This document shows positions 28,100-36,309 of a stretch of 54,757 nt of DNA, piece by piece. The translations under genes were made by a program, and so were the position numbers. Under the pieces are notes generated by a model that saw only the letters and a list, made by a program, of their open reading frames with translations, had not been told where the DNA came from and ran no database searches. Each line of letters starts with the position of its first letter. Within the stretch, counting starts at the first letter, position 1. This stretch comes from a virus (taxonomy: Duplodnaviria; Caudoviricetes), in the IMG/VR virus record IMGVR_UViG_3300032270_000402, positions 1 to 54,757 of that record, one strand, 5' to 3'.

Positions 28100-28126
28100 T
28101 CCCGCCTTGGAGACAGGGCGGGACTT
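28100..28126 (+). terminator. GNRA hairpin, possible terminator
   Basis: TCCCGCCTTG-GAGA-CAGGGCGGGA-CTTT. Confidence 0.5.
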
Positions 28127-28136
28127 TGGAGGGGTT

Positions 28137-28337
28137 ATGCCCAAAAAAGACCCGGTTCAGCAGCTATATGACAATACGTGGTACAAGATTGACGACATGT
28201 ACACGCATGAATGCTGCGACTGCAGCCTCGTCCACACCGTCAAGTACAAGATGGTTCGTGGGAATATCATGATGCAGTGGAACGTCAATACCCGCGAGAC
28301 CAAGGCCGCTCGCAAGTTGCGGGCAAATGTCAAGTAG
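28137..28337 (+). CDS. Small putative metal-binding protein
   Basis: GGAGG RBS; HECCDCSLVH motif. Confidence 0.65.
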   Translation: MPKKDPVQQLYDNTWYKIDDMYTHECCDCSLVHTVKYKMVRGNIMMQWNVNTRETKAARKLRANVK

Positions 28338-28394
28338 CATATACTCAAGACTGCGCGTGCTGTACCAGCTGCCAATCTGGCCATTGGAGCGATT

Positions 28395-29027
28395 ATGAGC
28401 TATGTGATGACATACGATAGCTTGCTGGTAGACCTACGGCGTTACCTAGAGCGCGGATTTACCCAAGAAAGCGATCAGATCGTCTACGACCAGCTGCCAA
28501 GGCTGGTTACGTTAGGCGAGCGTCGTATTGCGCGCGAGCTAAAGATCACCGCGTTTATTCGCGCCGTGACCACCCCGCTGCAGGCTGGGGTCTCTGTCTA
28601 TGCCAAGCCAGACCGCTGGCGCGACACGGTCTCAATGATCACCAACGGCAGGCCGTTGTTTGTCCGTTCGTATGAGTACATCCGCAACTACTGGCCAGAT
28701 CCTGAAGAAGTATCCACGCCTGAATTCTACGCCGACTACGACTTCCAGCACTGGCTGATCGGCCCGACGCCTGATACAGACAGCACGATTGAGATTCTGT
28801 ACTACGAGCAGCCACGTCTGCTGGCGCCTGACTTCCAGACCAATTGGGGGACAGAGTACGCGCCAGACCTCTTGCTATACGCCGCCCTACTTGAAGCGAC
28901 GCCATTCTTGAAGAATGACGAGCGCATTCAGACATGGCAGGGCATGTACGACCGCGCCGCGCAGGCCGTGAATGGTGAAGACCTGAAGCGCATCCTAGAC
29001 CGCGCATCGAACCGGAGTGAAGACTAA
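28395..29027 (+). CDS. Head-tail adaptor / tail tubular protein A-like
   Basis: MTYDSL, LGERRIAREL, IGPTPD, APDLLLYAALLEA.PFLKNDERI..W. Confidence 0.75.
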   Translation: MSYVMTYDSLLVDLRRYLERGFTQESDQIVYDQLPRLVTLGERRIARELKITAFIRAVTTPLQAGVSVYAKPDRWRDTVSMITNGRPLFVRSYEYIRNYWPDPEEVSTPEFYADYDFQHWLIGPTPDTDSTIEILYYEQPRLLAPDFQTNWGTEYAPDLLLYAALLEATPFLKNDERIQTWQGMYDRAAQAVNGEDLKRILDRASNRSED

Positions 29028-30292
29028 TGCCGATCTATCAAGACGTCTTTGGTGGCGCGACCATCTACCCAAGTGAGATCAGCTACAGCGAGCTGACGCT
29101 GACCGAGTCGGTGGTCTTGAGCTGGCCACAGGAAACGTCAGCCAATGCCAACCTTGCCACGCGGATCATGGACATCTCGTCCACCACCTCCGCATACGAG
29201 ATTTTCTTGCCAGAGGCTGACAAGACCGCCACCGGCCAGACCATTCTATTTAACAACATTGGCACGGCAACGATCACGGTTAAAGATTCTGCCGGTGTGC
29301 AGGTTGTCACCGTCGCCGCCAATGAGTTGTGGCAAGTTTATTTGACAGATAACAGCACCGCCGCAGGCGCGTGGAATGTGCTGCAATATGGTGCCTCTAC
29401 CTCGCAAGCTAATGCATCAGCATTGGCTGGGACAGGCATTATCGCCGTTGGCACGCTGCTTTCGCAGTCCATGCCAATCACCAGTTTTAACAGCAACTAC
29501 ACTGCAGGTGTACAAGATCGTGCCGTGATGTTCCTGTGGACAGGCGCCGGTGGCACGTTCACATTACCGTTGCCGACCGATGTTGGCGCGAACTGGTTTT
29601 GTTATCTGCGCAACGCCGGTACGGGCACCGTCGTCGCTGATCCATCTGGAACGATCCTGATCGATGGATCGTCTATCCTAAATTTCCAACCCGGTGAATC
29701 GGCAATCATCGCCACTGACGGCACTAGCTACTACACCATTGGCTATGGTCAGTCGGCGGTCTTTGCCTTCGACTTTACCGTGATCAATGTCGCTGGAACA
29801 GGCGCCTATACGCTTAGCGGTACTGAGCTTAATCGTATCGCGTATCGCTTTACAGGGGCACTCACTGGTAATCGTGAAATTATTGTGCCTGCCACAGTGC
29901 AGCAGTACTGGGTAGATAACCAGACCACGGGCGCTTATACGTTGCAGGTCAAGACCGCTACCTACACCGGTATCACGGTCAATCAAAGCGCACGGGCTAT
30001 TTTGTATTGCGACGGCACTACTGTGGTGAATGCCGATACCGCGACATTGTCATTCCCGATCGCCGTCTCGCAAGGTGGCACGGGCGCGACCAATGCCGCT
30101 GCCGCGTTGATCAACCTTAGCGGTACGCCAACAGGAATTGCCGTGTTTACGGCCGCGACACAAGCGGCTGCGGTCTCGGCATTAGGAGGCACGGCAGTTG
30201 GCGCTGGTGTGTTTACTGCTGCAAGCGGATCTGCTGCATATGCGGCGCTTGGTGTTGCGCCGTCTGGCGTTGTGGATGGAGGCACGTTCTGA
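29027..30292 (+). CDS. Tail structural protein
   Basis: Beta-rich, A/T/G-rich; lies between adaptor and nozzle genes. Confidence 0.65.
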   Translation: MPIYQDVFGGATIYPSEISYSELTLTESVVLSWPQETSANANLATRIMDISSTTSAYEIFLPEADKTATGQTILFNNIGTATITVKDSAGVQVVTVAANELWQVYLTDNSTAAGAWNVLQYGASTSQANASALAGTGIIAVGTLLSQSMPITSFNSNYTAGVQDRAVMFLWTGAGGTFTLPLPTDVGANWFCYLRNAGTGTVVADPSGTILIDGSSILNFQPGESAIIATDGTSYYTIGYGQSAVFAFDFTVINVAGTGAYTLSGTELNRIAYRFTGALTGNREIIVPATVQQYWVDNQTTGAYTLQVKTATYTGITVNQSARAILYCDGTTVVNADTATLSFPIAVSQGGTGATNAAAALINLSGTPTGIAVFTAATQAAAVSALGGTAVGAGVFTAASGSAAYAALGVAPSGVVDGGTF

Positions 30293-31821
30293 TGCCTGCA
30301 TCGACCATGATATTGAGGTCTGATCCCGGCATTAAGCGGGACGGGACTAAATTTGATGGTAACTTCTACACTGACGGGCAGTGGATGCGGTTTCAGCGTG
30401 GGCTGCCACGCAAGATAGGCGGGTATCGTGCAATCAGCAAATACTTGACCGAGATCAGCAGAGGCTTTGCCAACTACACGCAGCAGGACTTTATCTACTG
30501 CGTATCAGGCACGTTCAATCGTCTTGAGCAATTCACGATTGATGCCACGGCAAACTGCTCACCGATGTATGACCGCACGCCTAGTACATTGGTTGCGTCT
30601 AACAACAACAAGTGGGTGTTTGACTATCAGTATGACTCATCCACTAGCGCCAACTTTGTCTTGGCGCACGTCTCACCTAATGCAAACAGCATCGAGAACG
30701 CGACAGGCGGTCAGATATTTTACGGCGACGTCACTGCGACAACCGCGCTCACCGAGATCACATTACCTGCAGGCGCGAACGCAACTGGCGGCCTTGTCGT
30801 GTTGCACCCTTACCTGTTCTATTACGGCTCGGACGGCATCGTCGGATGGTCTGTCGCAGGAACGCCTACCGATTTAAGCGCCGCTGGCTCAGGCATCGCT
30901 CGCGTGTGGAGCAGTAAGATCATCAAGGGCATGCCATTGCGTGCAGGCTCAGGCACCGCGCCCGCTGGTTTGTTCTGGGCGTATGATGCCGTGATTCGTT
31001 GCACGTTCACGGGTGGTGATACTGTGTTCCAATTTGACACGATCGCCACCGACACGTCGATCATGTCCGAGAATTGCGTCATTGATTATGATGGCGTGTT
31101 CTATTGGGTTGGTGTGGATCGTTTCCTCATGTTCAACGGCGTGGTGCGTGAAGTGCCAAACCAGATGAACCTGAACTACTTTTTTGATGGCCTGAACAAG
31201 CAGCAACGCTCTAAGGTCTTCGTGTTTAAGGTGACCAAGTACGGCGAGATCTGGTGGGCGTATCCGCGCGGTGACGCTACCGAGTGCACGCACGCGGTGA
31301 TCTATAACGTGCGCGAGAACACATGGTACGACACACAGCTTCCAAACAATGGACGTGCATCAGGCTCGTTCAATAACTACTTTGCCGCGCCTATCCTAAC
31401 CGGTGTGGATCCTACGATTCACGGGTACAAGGTATGGATTCATGAGCAGGGAACGGACGAGATCGATGGGCAGGACATCTTCCCGATCAAGTCATACTTT
31501 GAGACTGCCGACCTTTCAAGCATCGCTCAAAGCGGTCAGAACAAGTACCTGCGCATCAGCACGATCGAGCCTGACTTTGTGCAATCTGGGCCGATGACCG
31601 TGCAGGTCACTGGCCGTGCTAATGCGCGCGCGCCTGAAGTGTACAGCTCAATCTTTACCTTCCCTGAGACAGCGTCGCAGCCGTTTGAGCAGATCGTGAT
31701 GCTTAAGGAGCAACGCCGAGAGTTACGTGTGCGGTTCCAGTCCGATGCGCTGTATGGCGACTATCAGATGGGTCAGATCATTGGCCATATTGAATCTGGT
31801 GACGGCACGGTGATCGCATGA
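30292..31821 (+). CDS. Tail nozzle / P22 gp10-like DNA stabilization protein
   Basis: PGIKRDGT...RF..GLPRKIGG, FYWVGVDRFL.FNG.V, EIWWAYP...YNVRENTW. Confidence 0.7.
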   Translation: MPASTMILRSDPGIKRDGTKFDGNFYTDGQWMRFQRGLPRKIGGYRAISKYLTEISRGFANYTQQDFIYCVSGTFNRLEQFTIDATANCSPMYDRTPSTLVASNNNKWVFDYQYDSSTSANFVLAHVSPNANSIENATGGQIFYGDVTATTALTEITLPAGANATGGLVVLHPYLFYYGSDGIVGWSVAGTPTDLSAAGSGIARVWSSKIIKGMPLRAGSGTAPAGLFWAYDAVIRCTFTGGDTVFQFDTIATDTSIMSENCVIDYDGVFYWVGVDRFLMFNGVVREVPNQMNLNYFFDGLNKQQRSKVFVFKVTKYGEIWWAYPRGDATECTHAVIYNVRENTWYDTQLPNNGRASGSFNNYFAAPILTGVDPTIHGYKVWIHEQGTDEIDGQDIFPIKSYFETADLSSIAQSGQNKYLRISTIEPDFVQSGPMTVQVTGRANARAPEVYSSIFTFPETASQPFEQIVMLKEQRRELRVRFQSDALYGDYQMGQIIGHIESGDGTVIA

Positions 31822-32051
31822 GGATCAGCGTCACGCTTCCTACGAACATGCAGGTACGTGACTGGGCTGATCAGATCGCGCTTGACTTGGATCCATATGG
31901 CGCCTTTGGCCGGTTGGATGATGAGAATCGATGGCAGGATTGGGCGATGCAGTTCTTAAACAACACATCCCTTAAGAACAACTTCCCTATTCCGTATAAT
32001 TTTGACAATTGGAAAGACTGGGCAGAGCGATTCTGCGAAGTTTTGGCATAG
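31818..32051 (+). CDS. Trp-rich hypothetical protein
   Basis: ATGA overlap; W.DWA repeats. Confidence 0.7.
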   Translation: MRISVTLPTNMQVRDWADQIALDLDPYGAFGRLDDENRWQDWAMQFLNNTSLKNNFPIPYNFDNWKDWAERFCEVLA

Positions 32052-32062
32052 AGGGTATTACG

Positions 32063-34819
32063 ATGGCATTTCTTCCTCCGCGCATAAATCAGATGCAACG
32101 TCCAATGCAGACGATGCAAAGGACTATGCAGCCTATGATGCCCGTGCAGAATCGCATGCAGGCTCCTGCACGAATGCAGCAGTTTTCTTCTCCTGCGGGG
32201 CAGGCACCGCTGCCCAATCCACAGGCTATGCCTCCTATGTTGCAACCTGCTCAGCAGTCGCCTTTAGCCCCGCAACAACCTATGGGGCAGATGGGGCAAC
32301 TACCTACCGGCATAGATCCCCGTGCCGTTGCTGCTAACCCTTCTGGATTTCAACAATGGCAACAACAAGCATTAGCGCAAGAAGCTGCTATGCCCGGCTC
32401 TACTATGTTTGCCCCGCAACAACCTGCGGGACAGATGGGGTTAGGTGGATTGGGTCAAGGCATGGGCGCACTGCCCCCACAAACTGCTGCAAATACACAA
32501 AATATGGCTCCTATGCTGCAACAGTATTTAGCATCTGGTAATCAACAATCAGCATTGCAACAACCTGCGGGGCAGATGACCGGATGGACTCCAGCAAATC
32601 AAATGCCATCTTCGCAAAATTTGGCAACACAAGGTATTACTCAACAACAATTACAAGCTATGCCTACAGCACAAAAAGCATACGCCGAAGGCGGCGCTGT
32701 AAACGCTCCCAGCCCGCAGGCGTGGATGCCTCCTCCTAATCGATTGCCTATGATGCCGCCACAGCGGCCAATCGGTCAGATGCCTCCACAGGGTATGCCG
32801 CAGCAACCTCCAATGGGGCAGATGCCGCAACAGATGCCAATGGGGCAGATGCCTCCTCAGATGCCACAACGATTTGCTGTTGGTGGTTCAGTTACGCCAA
32901 TGCCAACCCAAGATCAATTGGGAGGAACACAGATCGCGCCTGTGCGGCAGCATGCACAAGGCGGAATGCATCATGATACTTCCAGCACGCCTGTTGATGA
33001 TCAGATGCTTGCCCAGATGCAAAAAAATCCACAATTTGATCAAGTGATTTCCGCTACTCATGAGCAAATGGGAAATATTCCTCTTGATGCGCTCAATGAG
33101 CTGATCAAGATGGTTCGGTTTGCAATGCTTCATCCGAAAAAGTATCCAGAAATCCGTGCTGCGGCAATTAGAGATCATATGGTTGAGCCAGATGATATGC
33201 CTGAGCAGTTTGATGTGCAGTTCTTGGCCACTATGCTTTCAACAATGGTAGCACTAAAAAAACGACAAGAGGCCAAGGGCAAAGAAGGATTTGCAAGTGG
33301 CGGCTTGGCATCAGCTGCAAAACAATTGCAAGCAAAGGGTCGGTACCATGACACGATACTGGCTCACATTAGCCCGCAAGAGGCTGCGATGTTGCGCGCA
33401 AATGGTGGCGCTGGGACAATTAACCCTGCCACGGGGCTGCCTGAATATCTCAGTTTCAGCAGCGTATGGAAAGATATTAAGAATGCCGCAAAGATCGTTG
33501 CCCCAATTATTTTGACTGCATTAGTACCTGCTGCCGGTGCGTATTTAGGTACATTTTTGACCGGCACACTCGGCGCTACTGCAGCAGGCATTGTCGGCAC
33601 TACATTAGCAGGTGGATTGGCAGGTGCAGCTGGCGCCGCTATTCAAGGTACCGATATTGGTAAGGGCGCAATTTTCGGTGGTATCACCGGTGGTCTTGGT
33701 GGCGCTCTTGGCGCCGGGGCAAATGCTCTGGGTAAAGCCGCTGGTTTGACTAAGGGGCTTAGCACTGCCGCGCAAGGATATATTGGCGCAGGATTGGCGG
33801 GCGCAGGCGCCGCTAAACTAACCGGTGAAGACTGGAAACAGGGCGCGCTTAAGGGACTGGCGTCACGTTACGTCTCTAACAAGTTGCAAAACTTCGCGCC
33901 CGTGAAGAGTGCCAATGAGTGGATGCAGGGCAAGGTTGCGCAGCTGACCCCGCCACAATCTACGCCTGCTATGGAGGCAGTCAATTCACTAAAGGACGCT
34001 GGATTTGAGGGAAATACTTTTGTCGCAGGGCAGCAAGTTGACCCCGCTACTGGGGAGGTTTACAAGCCAAACATTGAGGCTGCATCCACATACACTAGCC
34101 CTGATGGCATGCCTAATCTTGATGCAAATGGCAATCCGGTTGTGGAGACGGGTGGGCGTTATATCAATCAAGGCCCAACGGCAGCTGCTGGTACGCCAGC
34201 CGCTCCTGCAGCGCCTCAGACGCTCGCAGGCAAGGCTATGGATGCCGTTGGCTCTGGTCTGCAGACCTCTGCGCTAGTCGGCGCTGTAGGCCTGCTAAGC
34301 GGTTCTGGAGCACCTCCTCCGCCAGCTGTAGAGGCTATCAAGACATTGTCACCTGAGCAACAGGCATACTTCAATCGACCTACGGTGAGACTTGACTACA
34401 ATCGCATGATGCAAAACGCAGCAGCGTCGGGCATGAGTCTCGCGCAATTTATGAATCAGAACTGGAGCACTATTCAGGGCGGCGCTTATAACGTCGCAGA
34501 AGGTGCCGCACCTCCAACGCCAAAGGCACGCGGTGGGCAGGCATATGCCACTGGCGGCGCGCTGTCAAAGATGGCATACTTGGCGCAGGGTTCTGGCTCA
34601 GGTCGTGCTGACACGATTGACGCCAAATTGTCTGATGGCGAGTTTGTTGTTGATGCCGAGACAGTTGCCCTGCTGGGAGACGGTTCCACCAAAGAAGGTG
34701 CACGCCGACTGAATATGATGAGAGAGCAGCTACGTCAACAAAAGGGTGCGGCGCTCTCAAAAGGTAAGTTCAGTCCTGCGGCCAAGTCGCCGCTGGCATA
34801 TATGGCAGGTGCACGATAA
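32063..34819 (+). CDS. Internal virion/ejection protein with Q/P/M-rich N-terminus, six AxGG motifs and a C-terminal G.G..D.I.A.LSDGEFV domain
   Basis: GAGG RBS before the ATG at 32063; DTILAHISPQEA...GTINPATGLPEY; G/A-rich hydrophobic helices. Confidence 0.65.
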   Translation: MAFLPPRINQMQRPMQTMQRTMQPMMPVQNRMQAPARMQQFSSPAGQAPLPNPQAMPPMLQPAQQSPLAPQQPMGQMGQLPTGIDPRAVAANPSGFQQWQQQALAQEAAMPGSTMFAPQQPAGQMGLGGLGQGMGALPPQTAANTQNMAPMLQQYLASGNQQSALQQPAGQMTGWTPANQMPSSQNLATQGITQQQLQAMPTAQKAYAEGGAVNAPSPQAWMPPPNRLPMMPPQRPIGQMPPQGMPQQPPMGQMPQQMPMGQMPPQMPQRFAVGGSVTPMPTQDQLGGTQIAPVRQHAQGGMHHDTSSTPVDDQMLAQMQKNPQFDQVISATHEQMGNIPLDALNELIKMVRFAMLHPKKYPEIRAAAIRDHMVEPDDMPEQFDVQFLATMLSTMVALKKRQEAKGKEGFASGGLASAAKQLQAKGRYHDTILAHISPQEAAMLRANGGAGTINPATGLPEYLSFSSVWKDIKNAAKIVAPIILTALVPAAGAYLGTFLTGTLGATAAGIVGTTLAGGLAGAAGAAIQGTDIGKGAIFGGITGGLGGALGAGANALGKAAGLTKGLSTAAQGYIGAGLAGAGAAKLTGEDWKQGALKGLASRYVSNKLQNFAPVKSANEWMQGKVAQLTPPQSTPAMEAVNSLKDAGFEGNTFVAGQQVDPATGEVYKPNIEAASTYTSPDGMPNLDANGNPVVETGGRYINQGPTAAAGTPAAPAAPQTLAGKAMDAVGSGLQTSALVGAVGLLSGSGAPPPPAVEAIKTLSPEQQAYFNRPTVRLDYNRMMQNAAASGMSLAQFMNQNWSTIQGGAYNVAEGAAPPTPKARGGQAYATGGALSKMAYLAQGSGSGRADTIDAKLSDGEFVVDAETVALLGDGSTKEGARRLNMMREQLRQQKGAALSKGKFSPAAKSPLAYMAGAR

Positions 34820-36285
34820 TGGCTGACAACCAAAACCCACTGGGCGGATTATTTCAAGGTACGGCACTTGCCGTGCCTACCAATCAGTACGTAAGCCAGT
34901 CCACCGAATACCCAAAATGGCTACAGGACGCGATCTATAATCAGATCAATACGGCTACGGCAATTGCTAATACGCCGTATCAAGAATATATGATGCCTAC
35001 CGTTGCTGAGCTGACGCCAGATCAGCAGCAGGCATATGCAGATATTCGCGCTGATCAAGGCGCATGGAAGCCAGAGATGGATTTTGCCACCAGTGGCATG
35101 GGCGCGCTATCGCAGACTCAGGCTCAGCAACAGGCATCTCAACCATACTTCGCGCAGACCGCTGGGATGAGCGGCGTGTCAGCTGCTCAGCCTGCATTTC
35201 AGCAGCAGGCCAGTCTATTGGGTAGCTTGAATTATAACAACCCAACTGAAAATCTTTACGCGGCACAGAATCAATACCTCAACCCACAGCTGGCCAATTA
35301 CGCGCTACAGTCTGGGCAACAGGCTTATGGCGCGGCAGGCGGCTTGGACATTGCCGGTGCCGCGAATCCTTACATGCAGAGAGCTGCGCAAACATCCGCC
35401 GCCGGTATTGGTCAGTACATGAACCCGTACCAGCAGTCTGTAATGGACACGATCGCTCAGCAGGGCGCGCGTAATCTTTCTGAGCACTTACTTCCAGCCG
35501 TGTCTGATGCATTCATCCGCGCCGGTCAGTTTGGCGGCACTCGTATGGGCGAGTTCGGCGAACGCGCCGTGCGTGACACCCAAGAGGCTGTTCTTGCTCA
35601 GCAGGCGCAGGCCGCTCAGCAGGGCTATGGGCAGGCGCTCTCTGCCTCGCAGGCAGATCTTGCGCGTCAGGCTCAGCTGGCAGGCACAGCCGGGCAGCTC
35701 ACTGGACAGCAATACTCTGCACTGACCAACTTAGGACAGGCGCAGACAGCCGCTGGGCAAGCTCAGCAACAGGCTGGCTTGGGCGCCGCGCAAAATGTCG
35801 CGACAGGCCAGCAGCAAGCCATTGCGCAGGCGATGCAGGCAGCGGGTCAGTATGGTCAATTGGGCGGCCAAATGGGCAGCTTAACCGCCGACCAACAGCG
35901 AATTTTGGCGGGTCTTGGCACCAGCGCAGGACAGATGGCAGGAGCCGACACCGCAAATCAAATGTCAGCACTTACCAATCTTGCAAATCTTGCAAAAACA
36001 GGTCAGGGCATGTCAGCGGCGGATGCGGCCGCATTGGAAGCAGTGGGACAGGCTCAGCAACAGAACATGCAGCAGCAACTCACCGCCGCTCAGAATCAAT
36101 ACCTGCAGCAGCAATTGTATCCACAGCAGCAAGCCGACTGGCTGGCGACACAGATTCGCGGCATGGCGCCAATCACCCCATCGCAGACCGCGACGACAAC
36201 ATCCGGCAATACGTACACGTATGGCCCATCGCCGTTGTCGCAATTGGTTGGTGGGTACTCGGCATACAAAGGTTTAACCGGTTAA
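34819..36285 (+). CDS. DNA pilot/ejection protein (Q/A/G-rich)
   Basis: YMNPYQQSV...AGQFGGTR...; C-terminal PSPLSQLVG. Confidence 0.6.
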   Translation: MADNQNPLGGLFQGTALAVPTNQYVSQSTEYPKWLQDAIYNQINTATAIANTPYQEYMMPTVAELTPDQQQAYADIRADQGAWKPEMDFATSGMGALSQTQAQQQASQPYFAQTAGMSGVSAAQPAFQQQASLLGSLNYNNPTENLYAAQNQYLNPQLANYALQSGQQAYGAAGGLDIAGAANPYMQRAAQTSAAGIGQYMNPYQQSVMDTIAQQGARNLSEHLLPAVSDAFIRAGQFGGTRMGEFGERAVRDTQEAVLAQQAQAAQQGYGQALSASQADLARQAQLAGTAGQLTGQQYSALTNLGQAQTAAGQAQQQAGLGAAQNVATGQQQAIAQAMQAAGQYGQLGGQMGSLTADQQRILAGLGTSAGQMAGADTANQMSALTNLANLAKTGQGMSAADAAALEAVGQAQQQNMQQQLTAAQNQYLQQQLYPQQQADWLATQIRGMAPITPSQTATTTSGNTYTYGPSPLSQLVGGYSAYKGLTG

Positions 36286-36309
36286 TCGCGGCGCACGTTT
36301 GGAGTAGTT

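Noticed and set aside
32002-32337. Alternative-frame ORF over the Q/P/M-rich region
   Set aside because: Shadow frame of low-complexity sequence with no RBS.
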